DNA of 41,134 nucleotides from Oscillospiraceae bacterium. GTDB taxonomy: Bacteria; Bacillota; Clostridia; Oscillospirales; Oscillospiraceae. The notes under the pieces were generated by a model. That model had not been told where the DNA came from and searched no databases. It saw nothing but the letters and a program-made list of their open reading frames with translations. The stretch spans positions 1-41,134 of the forward strand of contig JAFXFT010000195.1 in the NCBI GenBank assembly GCA_017513385.1, in the 5' to 3' direction. Made by a program: the position numbers and the translations under genes. Positions 16,007-25,003 of the stretch are shown here, piece after piece. Numbering within the stretch: the stretch's first letter is position 1; the number at the start of each line of letters is the position of its first letter.

Positions 16007-16291
16007 TCACGTCACCCTCTTGAAGAAGATCCTGCCGGGGATGCCCGGAGCCGGAAGCTCGTCGCCATACTGGTGGCTGCTCAGAACCATGGGACCCGCG
16101 GCCAGATAGCCGGTCAGAGATACGCCTTCCAGTTCCGGGAGCAGCGAGCCGTTGATGTACTCCTTAATGGCTTTACCGCCCTCGTCGAACTTGTCCTGCA
16201 GTTGACCGGCACTGAGCCCGTCGTCCACGTTGGGGGTTTCCGAGAGCTTGGAGATGATGCTCATGTCCTTAGAAAACTGTGTAAAAGCCAT
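16007..16291 (-). CDS. small tail-fibre-associated protein (94 aa)
   Basis: GLSAGQLQDKFDEGGKAIKEYINGSLLPEL resembles N-termini of Firmicute phage fibre proteins. The gene is translationally coupled to its neighbours. Confidence 0.5.
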   Translation of the reverse strand: MAFTQFSKDMSIISKLSETPNVDDGLSAGQLQDKFDEGGKAIKEYINGSLLPELEGVSLTGYLAAGPMVLSSHQYGDELPAPGIPGRIFFKRVT

Positions 16292-16303
16292 ACAAAGCCC
16301 TCC

Positions 16304-18097
16304 TTATTTTGCGTAACCCGTCTCCCGAACGCGGATGTCCGCCGCCAGCACCGTGGCCGTGGTTTCAGGCTCCGCACTCTGGAAGATGAGTTTGTAATAG
16401 GTATATTTCTTTGCTTTGATGCGCAGCCGCTTAATCTGCGGTCGGCTGCTGGTGATGAAAGAGAAGTTTGAAAAGTCCACATTGCCAAAGGAACTGATGC
16501 TCTTGGCAACGACCTTCGCTGGGAAATCGCTCTTTCGGTCTGTCTTTATGGTGATCTCCACGTGGGAGCGGCTTTCCGGTTTAACAGACACCCACACCAT
16601 CGACGTGTACTTGCGCATATAGTCCGAGCCGAAGTCCATGCTTCCGCTCTCCCAATAGGCAGGGATAGGTTCCCCGCAGTCGGTACGGGCGCGGTCGGTG
16701 ACGCAAAGCACCCTGCCGTCCGAGGTGCCGCAAAAAAGCTCACCACGGAAATTGCACATGGTCTGCGCATCGAAATTGGTGTAGATGTACCAGGCGTCCG
16801 CCGCGTAGTTGTGGACAATCGCCATCCGGCCATGACAGACGTAATACTCCTGCGCGTCGTTGTCGTCCCAGCACTTGCAGTTCTCCACCACAAAGCTGCG
16901 GAGCGCGGTCTGCACCCGGTCGCTGATGCGCTTGGCTAAACGCTCGTCGGCGGTAACATACGTAGAGCTTCCCCGCCATTCGTAGATGTCCTCGCCAAAG
17001 ACCGTGCGCGGATAGTTCAGTACAAGTTGCGCCTGTCCGGGCGCTGCGTTGCCGATGGCCTTATTGACGGGCGTCACGTTGAATGTAGCAATGGTAGAGC
17101 CGTCGGCCAGCGTTACGCTGCCGTAGACGATGGAGTAGGCACCGTTGGTCTTAAAGGCCATGAGCCGTCCGCTGTGGCGGATAAGTGCCGTCACAGGCGT
17201 ATTGCTCTCGCCAATCTGTGTCTCGTTCATGTCGGGGAAGTAGTCCGCCCGACCGTTGCCGTCCGTGTCCAGACCGGAGTAAAACACCTCGTTGCTGCCG
17301 TCTCCGTAGAGGAACACGCGGCTGTCCTGAGTGCCGTTATAGAGTTCGGCGTAGCGCATCTTCTCCACTTGGCTACGGAAGTTGGTGGGGTGCGTCCAGC
17401 CGATTTCTATGGTATTGATACCTTTTTCCGGTACCGTCGCAAAAGTCACGCTGCCCGCTGCCAGATCTACCGTATAGCCCGTGACAGCCGCGCCGGTGAC
17501 AAGGTTCGTCACATAGTCCACCGAGGCAATGTTCTGTTCCGGCAGGATGAAGGTGAGGGCGGAGCCGTCCGGGGAGAACTGAGCGCGGCGCAGACCGTTG
17601 AGCTTGTTCACCTGTTCCAGAGACGTACCGCCGCCGCCGGGGACAGAAGCCGTCACAACTAAAGGCCGGTAGCCTTCCACGGCGCTGAGCGTTTCGCCGT
17701 CGTAAACCTGATAGCTCCTGCCGTCCAGAATGTAGGCAGAGCCGCCAAAGCCAAAAATAAAGACGTCGCCCGCAGTGCTCACAGCACCCAGCTCCGTCCT
17801 GTTCCAGTCGGCCCCGTCAAAGAGCCTATAAAGTTTCCCATCGCAGGCAGCGAGGACGCACTCAGTCTCTGCCACCATGCCGCTCCAAAGCCGCTTCACC
17901 TCGCCGGTGCCGATGGTGTCCATCAGCTCCGTACCGGGGCGACGGCGGAGGTTTCCGTCGCGGGTGATGCGCCAGTTTTCCATAACGGCGGCCTCGCCCA
18001 TTTTCAGCTTGGTGTCGCCGTCGCGGCTCTGGTTCAGACCCAGCCACTTCTTGATAGGATAGATTTTCTCGTTGGTGGTAGCGGTGATCGTAGCCAT
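16304..18097 (-). CDS. large tail structural protein (nozzle / tail-tubular-B-like by position)
   Basis: It is 597 aa and beta-rich, and it follows a 148-aa adaptor-like gene as in T7/P22-type tails. I recognise no enzymatic motif. Confidence 0.45.
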   Translation of the reverse strand: MATITATTNEKIYPIKKWLGLNQSRDGDTKLKMGEAAVMENWRITRDGNLRRRPGTELMDTIGTGEVKRLWSGMVAETECVLAACDGKLYRLFDGADWNRTELGAVSTAGDVFIFGFGGSAYILDGRSYQVYDGETLSAVEGYRPLVVTASVPGGGGTSLEQVNKLNGLRRAQFSPDGSALTFILPEQNIASVDYVTNLVTGAAVTGYTVDLAAGSVTFATVPEKGINTIEIGWTHPTNFRSQVEKMRYAELYNGTQDSRVFLYGDGSNEVFYSGLDTDGNGRADYFPDMNETQIGESNTPVTALIRHSGRLMAFKTNGAYSIVYGSVTLADGSTIATFNVTPVNKAIGNAAPGQAQLVLNYPRTVFGEDIYEWRGSSTYVTADERLAKRISDRVQTALRSFVVENCKCWDDNDAQEYYVCHGRMAIVHNYAADAWYIYTNFDAQTMCNFRGELFCGTSDGRVLCVTDRARTDCGEPIPAYWESGSMDFGSDYMRKYTSMVWVSVKPESRSHVEITIKTDRKSDFPAKVVAKSISSFGNVDFSNFSFITSSRPQIKRLRIKAKKYTYYKLIFQSAEPETTATVLAADIRVRETGYAK

Positions 18098-18100
18098 ACG

Positions 18101-18547
18101 TCACCACCCCGCAAACTGATTGAACTGCAGCCCGCCGTAGAAGTCTTCCGGGGTGTCCCACTCAGCGGGGAGCGTTCGGGAGAACCGGGCCAGCAGTTCG
18201 TTGTAGCGCTGAAGGAAGTAGTTACCAAGTGCCGGGTCGTCGTTCTTGATAAGCTCGGCGGCAAGGCCGTAGGGCAGCACCGTACCTGCCATGCCGTCGT
18301 CCAGATTGACTTCATCCTCCAACAGGAGGATAGGCAGACACACGGGACGCTTCCCCGGCGTCTCCACCTTATAGGTATCAGAGAACGGATAGCACTCGTT
18401 GATGAGCGTGTTGAGAATTTCGATAGCCCGGTTCTGATACTCCACCGTATCGCTCCACATGGCGGAGCCGCCCTCGCTCTGCTCGTCCATGAGCTTAATA
18501 GCTCTGTTGAATACTTCCTGTGCTTTCATGCTTCCGCCCCCTTTCAT
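18101..18547 (-). CDS. head-tail adaptor / tail-tubular-A-like protein (by position)
   Basis: It is 148 aa, with SD aaaggggg, and has ATGA coupling on both sides. Confidence 0.4.
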   Translation of the reverse strand: MKGGGSMKAQEVFNRAIKLMDEQSEGGSAMWSDTVEYQNRAIEILNTLINECYPFSDTYKVETPGKRPVCLPILLLEDEVNLDDGMAGTVLPYGLAAELIKNDDPALGNYFLQRYNELLARFSRTLPAEWDTPEDFYGGLQFNQFAGW

Positions 18548-18717
18548 TCATAACCGTATTTTTTAAGAATGGCCGCCCTATCGGCATCACGAAGCATCTG
18601 CTTCATAATACCGGGCGGTACGAGTTCGAGGAGCTTTCTCAAGTCCTCTGCCGCCTCTTTATTGGCGGCTTTCTCCCTGTTATACGCAAGTATGCGCTCT
18701 CGCAGCTCAGGTCTCAT
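18544..18717 (-). CDS. small hypothetical protein (57 aa, below the ORF-track cutoff): MRPELRERILAYNREKAANKEAAEDLRKLLELVPPGIMKQMLRDADRAAILKKYGYE
   Basis: It has ATGA overlaps with both neighbours (18714-18717 and 18544-18547) and fills the gap exactly. Confidence 0.55.
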   Translation of the reverse strand: MRPELRERILAYNREKAANKEAAEDLRKLLELVPPGIMKQMLRDADRAAILKKYGYE

Positions 18718-19067
18718 TCCGTCACCCCGCTCAAAAGCATATCCAGCGCCGCTTCCAGCTCTGCAATGCGTTCAGTCTCGCTCATGGGCGGCTCCGGCAG
18801 AGCCTCTTCCTGCGCAGCGATCTCCTCTGCGCTGCATTCCACCGCCACACCGTCCACCATCTTATACCGACAACCACGGTCGTCCGTCATAATCGGCTGT
18901 GGGAAATAGTTGTTCTGCGCATGGTGGTATTTGTCACCATAACCGCTGTCGATGGCCGTCCAGCCAACCGTGTCAGGAAGAAACGCAGAGGAATTGACAG
19001 CAGTTATATAGCCGTTGGAATTGGTCTGTACATAGACAATGTACGGTTCCATTTTTGGAAATTCCAT
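18714..19067 (-). CDS. small tail-associated protein (XkdW-like flavour)
   Basis: The SD ggaggga lies upstream. The sequence YVQTNSNGYITAVNSS...YHHAQNNYF...YKMVDG resembles small proteins next to fibres in Firmicute prophages. Confidence 0.45.
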   Translation of the reverse strand: MEFPKMEPYIVYVQTNSNGYITAVNSSAFLPDTVGWTAIDSGYGDKYHHAQNNYFPQPIMTDDRGCRYKMVDGVAVECSAEEIAAQEEALPEPPMSETERIAELEAALDMLLSGVTE

Positions 19068-19083
19068 TTGTCATCCCTCCTTT

Positions 19084-20199
19084 TCACAAATCAGCCGACA
19101 AGTAGATTGCGCCGTCCCATGCGCCATAGACGCCCTTTGACGTTGCTGACATTTTTACAACCATCGATCTGTCTGAGTGCACTCCAAGAGAGAACGACGA
19201 TAGATTGGCTTGATACCCTGCGGAATAAGACGCCGTAGGGTTAATGCGCATAGGACAAAAAAACTGCACCGGGAACTCCGTAGGCCACTGTGTTTCTGTA
19301 TGAAGGTCGGTTCCATAATATCTAAAGTTTATTTTCTGATAATACCGCTGACATTCCGCAAGCTGCTCCGAATACTTGGGAATCTCGTTCAGAACCCAAT
19401 TCCCATTAGCGTCCTGATGGGCAAGCGTTTGAGTGTTTCCAAGTTCCAACTTCACGGCCTCGATTACCACCATGCCGCCAGCCGTTATCCCCAAAACGGA
19501 CAAATTAAGCGTCTTGTCTCCAAAATCTCTTACTGTAAAAGTTGTTGAAATAATACCAGCTTGCCCTTCAACAAGGGCATAGTCTCCCGCTCCGTCAGAA
19601 ACCAATATCCCGGCATTGGTATTTGCAACAGAGGAAATCAGCGCCGAGAAAGTGACCGTTTTTCCAATAAGAGATTTGTCGTTAATACGCTGCGTTATTC
19701 TTGAATAGTTCGCCAATGCCGTAAGTTTTTTGTTTTGAACATTGTAAGACGCAACGGACAGACCCCATCTGTCAATGGAATACAATTCAGCCCATGTGGG
19801 TTCACTATACTCTGCCTGTCCTCGCTGGTTGACCGGATTTGCAAAATACCAGTTGTCAAGCAGATTGTGGGCGATACCGTTGCTGCCCGGATTGCCCTTT
19901 TCGCCTTTCTCGCCTTGTGGGCCTTGTGGGCCTCGTTCGCCCTGTGGGCCTCTTATGTTCGATGCAGGGGGGTTATCCAGACCGGCGTCGTTCGTCCATG
20001 AAATATTACCGGCGGCATCCACGCTGGGAATAAACACAGCCTTGGCCACCTCAGCACTCGCCTGCTTCTTCTGCACCAACTCGCCAAAGGGAACGCCCGC
20101 CTTATACCGGGCAAGCAAAGTGTCGTAACTGACTCCGTTTTCTGCAGCCAGTTGAGTCAGGGACTTCTTTTCCCCGTTATAAAAACCGTAGATTTCCAT
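19084..20199 (-). CDS. tail fibre with a collagen-like triple-helix segment
   Basis: GPQGERGPQGPQGEKGEKGNPG gives seven G-X-Y triplets, followed by a beta-rich C-terminal domain. Confidence 0.75.
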   Translation of the reverse strand: MEIYGFYNGEKKSLTQLAAENGVSYDTLLARYKAGVPFGELVQKKQASAEVAKAVFIPSVDAAGNISWTNDAGLDNPPASNIRGPQGERGPQGPQGEKGEKGNPGSNGIAHNLLDNWYFANPVNQRGQAEYSEPTWAELYSIDRWGLSVASYNVQNKKLTALANYSRITQRINDKSLIGKTVTFSALISSVANTNAGILVSDGAGDYALVEGQAGIISTTFTVRDFGDKTLNLSVLGITAGGMVVIEAVKLELGNTQTLAHQDANGNWVLNEIPKYSEQLAECQRYYQKINFRYYGTDLHTETQWPTEFPVQFFCPMRINPTASYSAGYQANLSSFSLGVHSDRSMVVKMSATSKGVYGAWDGAIYLSADL

Positions 20200-20241
20200 A
20201 GCTTCACCCCTTATGAACGGGGGAGGGGCAAAGCCCCTCCG

Positions 20242-20445
20242 TTACTTATCCTTGTAATACTGCGCGGTGCTGACACCCAGCAGGGTGCCGAGGCACACGG
20301 CCACAGCAGCGCAGGTGGTCAGAACCTCATCGCCGTAGGGCAGAGCCCACACGGCGGCAATGGCCTTGTAGCAGACGCCGATAGCGTCCAGAGCCACGAG
20401 AGCCACCCACTTGAGAACGTCGTAAACTTTGTCGTTAAGCTTCAT
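20242..20445 (-). CDS. putative holin (67 aa, 2 TM)
   Basis: The ATG at 20445 lies 9 nt after ggaaagga. The sequence is MKLNDKVYDVLKWVALVALDAIGVCYKAIAAVWALPYGDEVLTTCAAVAVCLGTLLGVS, and the gene sits next to XhlA. Confidence 0.55.
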   Translation of the reverse strand: MKLNDKVYDVLKWVALVALDAIGVCYKAIAAVWALPYGDEVLTTCAAVAVCLGTLLGVSTAQYYKDK

Positions 20446-20465
20446 ATAAAACATCCTTTCCGTTA

Positions 20466-20756
20466 TTACAGCCCGATTTGGCCAAGCAGGAAGCCGACCG
20501 CAGCAGCCAGCACAAGGCCAAAAAGCTGTTCGGTCATGTTTTCCCACTTCTTACCGGACTTGCTGTTGAGTTCTTTTACGTCGGTCGCCACTTCGCCGAT
20601 CTTCTCCTCTACCACGCCGACACGGACGTTCATCGCTGCGACGGCACTTACCAAGGCATCCTGATCGTCCTGCCGCTTTTCCATTTCCTCCATGCGGTGG
20701 TTGAGACTTTTGCACTCATCCTCCACATGGGTCATGCGGTGTTCCATGTCGATCAT
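20466..20756 (-). CDS. xhlA: XhlA-like protein (coiled coil plus C-terminal TM)
   Basis: The helix HRMTHVEDECKSLNHRMEEMEKRQDD is followed by the TM segment LFGLVLAAAVGFLLGQIGL. Confidence 0.6.
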   Translation of the reverse strand: MIDMEHRMTHVEDECKSLNHRMEEMEKRQDDQDALVSAVAAMNVRVGVVEEKIGEVATDVKELNSKSGKKWENMTEQLFGLVLAAAVGFLLGQIGL

Positions 20757-20767
20757 TGGTCGGCACC

Positions 20768-21832
20768 TTAATTACCCGCAGGAGGGGTGGTGTATACGGC
20801 GTCAAAGGACGCAATAGCGCTGTGGAGTTTGCCGGTCTGCTCGGCGTAGGCACGAACCTTGGTGTTCTTGGTGATGGTGATCGCAGCGCTGTAGGTCTGA
20901 GCGGTAGAGCTGGTCTTGGGGTTGGAGCCGTCCACGGTGTACTTGATGGTGCCGGTACCGGAGATGCTCACGCTGTTGCTGTTCTGGGTAATGGTGGGCG
21001 CAGCCAGACCGCCGGTGCTGTAGACATAGATGCCGTCTGCCTTCTGAGCCATGACGAAGCTGTCGTAGCGGCAAAGACCCTCAAGCAGCACACCGGCGAT
21101 GCCGGGGGCGTCGTCGTGAGAACGAAGCATATGCATCTTGGAGGGGTCGGCGGAAGCGTTCTTGTACTTCACGATGAACTCGACGCCAGCGGGCATACGG
21201 CTCTTGGGAATAGCCACGATGGGGCAGCCGTTAAGCTCGGCGATCTTGCCCTGCACGATGGCCTTGGAAGTCCAGTTCTGGTTGTTGCCCAGCTCGGTAG
21301 CCAGCTTGCACTTCACGCTCACGTCGGTACGGACGAAGATGACGCGGTTCTCAGCGGGAACAGCGGCGTCGTCCATCTCGGCGCAGGCGTTCAGCATGGC
21401 CTCGATGATGGTGCTCTTGGTCAGAGCGGAGCCCACCATACCCAGACCGGCACCGTTGGCCCAGGTCTTCAGGCGGTAGGCGTCGTTCTCGGGAACGTAA
21501 CGCTCGTCCCACATCTGCTTCAGGAAAGCGGAAGCCTTCTTGATGAACATCTGGTCCTGGGTGTTGGTAGCGTCGATGGTCTTGGTGAAAGCACGCTTAC
21601 GAGTCAGAACGTAGGTGTTCAGCTCGTCCTGAACCTCGGTAGGAGTGCCGAAACGGTTGGCGGACGCGGTGGCGTCGTAGTCGTTCAGCTCGTCGGTCAG
21701 GATGGTCCACACGTTGATGGAGTTGACGCCGTTCCAGTCGTAGTTGTGACCGCACCAGGCGTCGGTCAGGGAGCGCTGCTTAAAGCGCTCGTCCAGCTTG
21801 GTAGCGTATTTGGTAGCGAGATTGATAGCCAT
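20768..21832 (-). CDS. major capsid protein with a C-terminal Ig/Fn3-like (CHB_HEX_C-type) decoration domain
   Basis: Assigned by its position after the scaffold, its very strong SD and its 354-aa size. The C-terminal ISGTGTIKYTVDGSNPKTSSTAQTYSAAITITKNTKVRAYAEQTGKLHS matches the Y.TDGS.P motif. Confidence 0.8.
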   Translation of the reverse strand: MAINLATKYATKLDERFKQRSLTDAWCGHNYDWNGVNSINVWTILTDELNDYDATASANRFGTPTEVQDELNTYVLTRKRAFTKTIDATNTQDQMFIKKASAFLKQMWDERYVPENDAYRLKTWANGAGLGMVGSALTKSTIIEAMLNACAEMDDAAVPAENRVIFVRTDVSVKCKLATELGNNQNWTSKAIVQGKIAELNGCPIVAIPKSRMPAGVEFIVKYKNASADPSKMHMLRSHDDAPGIAGVLLEGLCRYDSFVMAQKADGIYVYSTGGLAAPTITQNSNSVSISGTGTIKYTVDGSNPKTSSTAQTYSAAITITKNTKVRAYAEQTGKLHSAIASFDAVYTTPPAGN

Positions 21833-21875
21833 AATAATTTCCTCCTTAAAAGTTCAACCCCGCCTCCTAAAAAAA

Positions 21876-22724
21876 TTAGTCCCCGTTGTACCAAATGGCG
21901 TCAAACGGGTCAACCGTCTTCGTGCCCTTGGTCTTCTGGGAACCGGTGGAGCGGGATTTGTTTTCTTGTTTTCGTTTTTCTTCCGCGGCTGCAGCCTTCT
22001 GCTGCTCAAGCTCGGCGCGGAGAGCTTTCACTTCATAGGCCCGGTAGGCGTTCAGCAGAGACTCGCCCTTGTTGACAGCCTCCCAAACCTCATCGGGTAC
22101 ATTCTTAGGGTCAGACGCAAGCTCCGGATACGCTTTCATAAACTCTGCGATATCCGCGTCTCTCTTGGCGTTCTGGTCTTTGACAGCGGTGACCGACGCC
22201 TGCTGCGCCTGCAGCTCACGGGCCCGGCGCTCGTTTGCCACGATCCCGCGGCAGACTTCCACGTCCTTGCCCGTCCTTTTTTGCATCACCTGCACTTGCG
22301 TGTTCTCAATGAGCTCGTCCAGAGACATATTCTGGTCTTTGGCGATTTCCTCCAGATACTGGAGCTGCTCATTGCGTTTGCTGAGGTCAGCCCTGACCTT
22401 CTCATAATCTTTCAGGTCATTACGCGCCGCCTCCAGCTGGCCCTTGACTTTGTCGTAGTTCATGCCTTTTTCGGCGAGGTCTACGATTTCCTCCCGTGTC
22501 ACGGACTTTTCCTCGCCCATATACTTGAGCGTGAAGCTGTCCTCGCTGCGCACTCCGGTATCCGTCTGCTGGCTTGCTTCCGTCTCCTCGGTGCCCTCGC
22601 CCTCTTCAACTTCTTCCGCCGCGTCCTCTTCGGCTGCTTCGCCATCCTCTGCAAGGTCAGAGAGGTCGATGTCGTCCCAAGAATCTTCCACTTCGGTTTC
22701 CGTCATAACGAGATTGTCTTCCAT
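21876..22724 (-). CDS. scaffolding protein
   Basis: It has a highly acidic N-terminus and long coiled coils, and it lies between the portal and capsid genes. Confidence 0.75.
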   Translation of the reverse strand: MEDNLVMTETEVEDSWDDIDLSDLAEDGEAAEEDAAEEVEEGEGTEETEASQQTDTGVRSEDSFTLKYMGEEKSVTREEIVDLAEKGMNYDKVKGQLEAARNDLKDYEKVRADLSKRNEQLQYLEEIAKDQNMSLDELIENTQVQVMQKRTGKDVEVCRGIVANERRARELQAQQASVTAVKDQNAKRDADIAEFMKAYPELASDPKNVPDEVWEAVNKGESLLNAYRAYEVKALRAELEQQKAAAAEEKRKQENKSRSTGSQKTKGTKTVDPFDAIWYNGD

Positions 22725-22880
22725 GCTGTTCTCCTTTCTCTGGCTATGGCTGGCCAGTCCCCCGCCTATGGCTGGACGGGGGATAAGATAGAAATTTTTA
22801 TATGAGGCTCCCTTGTGTAAAGGGAGCTGTCACGCAGTGACTGAGGGATTGCCCTCATTTGCCGCCGACATAAATGTCGG

Positions 22881-24536
22881 TTACATTGTCTGGGCAATAG
22901 CACGCTGCAGATTACGGTTGCCGCTGCCACCCTCTACGGGGATCTCCTCACCCATACCGGCCACGTCGCCCTCAGCGTTTTCCGCAGTCGGAGGCGCGGG
23001 CGGAGGCGCGGAGAGCTTGGCCTTGTACTTTGTCAACAGCTCCTGCCGCTTGGAGATGTAGCCGTCCGGGATACGCTCCAGGTAGTCCACAATGTCGATT
23101 TGACCGAGCTGCAGAAGGTTGTCCAGCGTCTGCATGGACGCGATTTCGCTCCAGTAGGCGGACGCGCCGACGTCCAGCTTGATGAACATAGGCGTCTTAA
23201 CCAGCATGCCGAAGTCGAAGTCCACCTGCATGGTCTGGGTCTGCGGGACACCCGCAAACTGGAGCATGTCCATAGACAGGATGGTCTCGGCGGGCACGTC
23301 CACCGTACGCTTTCCGTAGTAGAACGCCATGAACTCCATGTAGATGCGCCCCAGGTCCTCGATGCTCTGGTACAGGTTCTGCTTGGTGATCTCCGAAGGG
23401 ATGCTGGCAGCGCGCTGCAGAGCGATAATGGCCGAGGTGTTGTCCGGTCGGGTATTGCCGAGCGCCGCAGCCGTAGCGCCGGTGAAGCTCTGCGTATGCT
23501 CGATGGCCGAGGCGATGAACTGGGCCACCTGCGGGGATATCTGCGCAGGCTCCAGCACTCTTGCGATGTTGGTCACGTCGCCGTTTACGCCGATCTGAGC
23601 GCCGACCTGGTTTGTCCACTTGGTTACGCGGTTGCGGTCGTAGACGATTTTCGGGAACGCGCTCATCATCAGACTGACCATCGCCATGGCATAGGCCTTG
23701 TTGACGAACTGCTGGTTGGGGATCAGGCCGGTGATAAGTGCCTGTCCGTGGTAGCAGTCCTGCACATAGTCCCAGGGGAGCCACGTCAGGGGATAGAGTC
23801 GGATCTTCATGTCGTACTCTTCCCGGATGACGGTGCCCTTGACGGTCTCAATGGCGTGAACGCTGCCGGTCTCTTTGTCTTTCCACATGTACAGCAGCGT
23901 GGTGGTCTTATCGTCCACCAGCGCGTCCATCTGCGACCCGTTCTCGTCGGTGTCGGCTTTGATGGCCTCAACGTCTCTGCAGTCGTGCTCCTCGGCGTAG
24001 TCCTTTACCTCGTCCAGCATCTGACGCCGGGCAATGATGATATACGGCTGAGACTGCACGCTCTTGTCGTTGGGGTTGCCGAAGTACACGCGGGTGTTTT
24101 CCAGTATCTCGGTACAGACGGTGTCGTTGTCGCCGTCCCAATAGCTGAACAGACAGCCGCTGCCGTCCACCGCCGCATTGCGTGCATACTCGCGGAGAAG
24201 CGTAGTTACCTTATTGCGCTCGAACAGCGCCGCAAATTCGTCGTTTACGATTTGTGTCAGCTTCTCCAGCTCAGTATCGTTGGCCGCGGCACGCAGGGGA
24301 GAGGCGTTCATCTTGATGTTGTCGCTGGTGATGCTCGCCACCTGATGCTGCACAATCTGCTTGAGGAAATTAAAAACAGGAGTAGGCAGTCCGTTGGACT
24401 TGACCCCCTCCCATTGCTTGCCGATATAAAAGTTTTCGTTGGTCTCTACGTTGCTGCGGAGCTCAATGCGGTTGTTGAAGTCGAGGCCCTTCTGGAATTT
24501 CTTCCAGACCTCCACATGGTCGAGAACTTTACTCAT
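22881..24536 (-). CDS. portal protein
   Basis: It is a 551-aa ORF downstream of terL and upstream of the scaffold and capsid genes. Confidence 0.75.
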   Translation of the reverse strand: MSKVLDHVEVWKKFQKGLDFNNRIELRSNVETNENFYIGKQWEGVKSNGLPTPVFNFLKQIVQHQVASITSDNIKMNASPLRAAANDTELEKLTQIVNDEFAALFERNKVTTLLREYARNAAVDGSGCLFSYWDGDNDTVCTEILENTRVYFGNPNDKSVQSQPYIIIARRQMLDEVKDYAEEHDCRDVEAIKADTDENGSQMDALVDDKTTTLLYMWKDKETGSVHAIETVKGTVIREEYDMKIRLYPLTWLPWDYVQDCYHGQALITGLIPNQQFVNKAYAMAMVSLMMSAFPKIVYDRNRVTKWTNQVGAQIGVNGDVTNIARVLEPAQISPQVAQFIASAIEHTQSFTGATAAALGNTRPDNTSAIIALQRAASIPSEITKQNLYQSIEDLGRIYMEFMAFYYGKRTVDVPAETILSMDMLQFAGVPQTQTMQVDFDFGMLVKTPMFIKLDVGASAYWSEIASMQTLDNLLQLGQIDIVDYLERIPDGYISKRQELLTKYKAKLSAPPPAPPTAENAEGDVAGMGEEIPVEGGSGNRNLQRAIAQTM

Positions 24537-24990
24537 GCTTCACCACCCCATAGTTAAGGATATTGGTAAGGCCCTCCTGGAACTTCCGCTCACTCTCTGC
24601 GGCCTCGCGCTCCAGCTCAGCGTGTTCCTTGATAAGGTCTTCAGCCGCAGCCATTGTTTCCGCAAGTACCGCGACGCGCTTCTGCACGTCATGGACAGCG
24701 CCGGTAACATTACGCTCGTAGCTCTCAACGGCTTTGCGAGCCGACTTCACAGCCTTCTCGATGCTCTCGATTCGGTCGTCCGTCATCTTATTGAACTCGC
24801 GCTGGTTTTTCCGCTCGTTGGCCATGCGGCTGTCGAGCTCCACGTCGTTCTCATGCGCACACTTCAGCAGAGCCTCGGCCATGCGCATATCAGCCGTGAG
24901 CACCTTCAGGTCTTTACACAGCGACCGACAGACCAGAGCCAACAGAACACAGCTGACGGCCAGCAGCGCCACAAAAATATTTAAGAACAT
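24529..24990 (-). CDS. N-terminally membrane-anchored coiled-coil protein
   Basis: The TM segment FLNIFVALLAVSCVLLALV is followed by heptad-rich helices. The gene lies between terL and portal and overlaps the portal start by 8 nt. Confidence 0.65.
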   Translation of the reverse strand: MFLNIFVALLAVSCVLLALVCRSLCKDLKVLTADMRMAEALLKCAHENDVELDSRMANERKNQREFNKMTDDRIESIEKAVKSARKAVESYERNVTGAVHDVQKRVAVLAETMAAAEDLIKEHAELEREAAESERKFQEGLTNILNYGVVKHE

Positions 24991-25003
24991 AACTATGTCT
25001 CCT

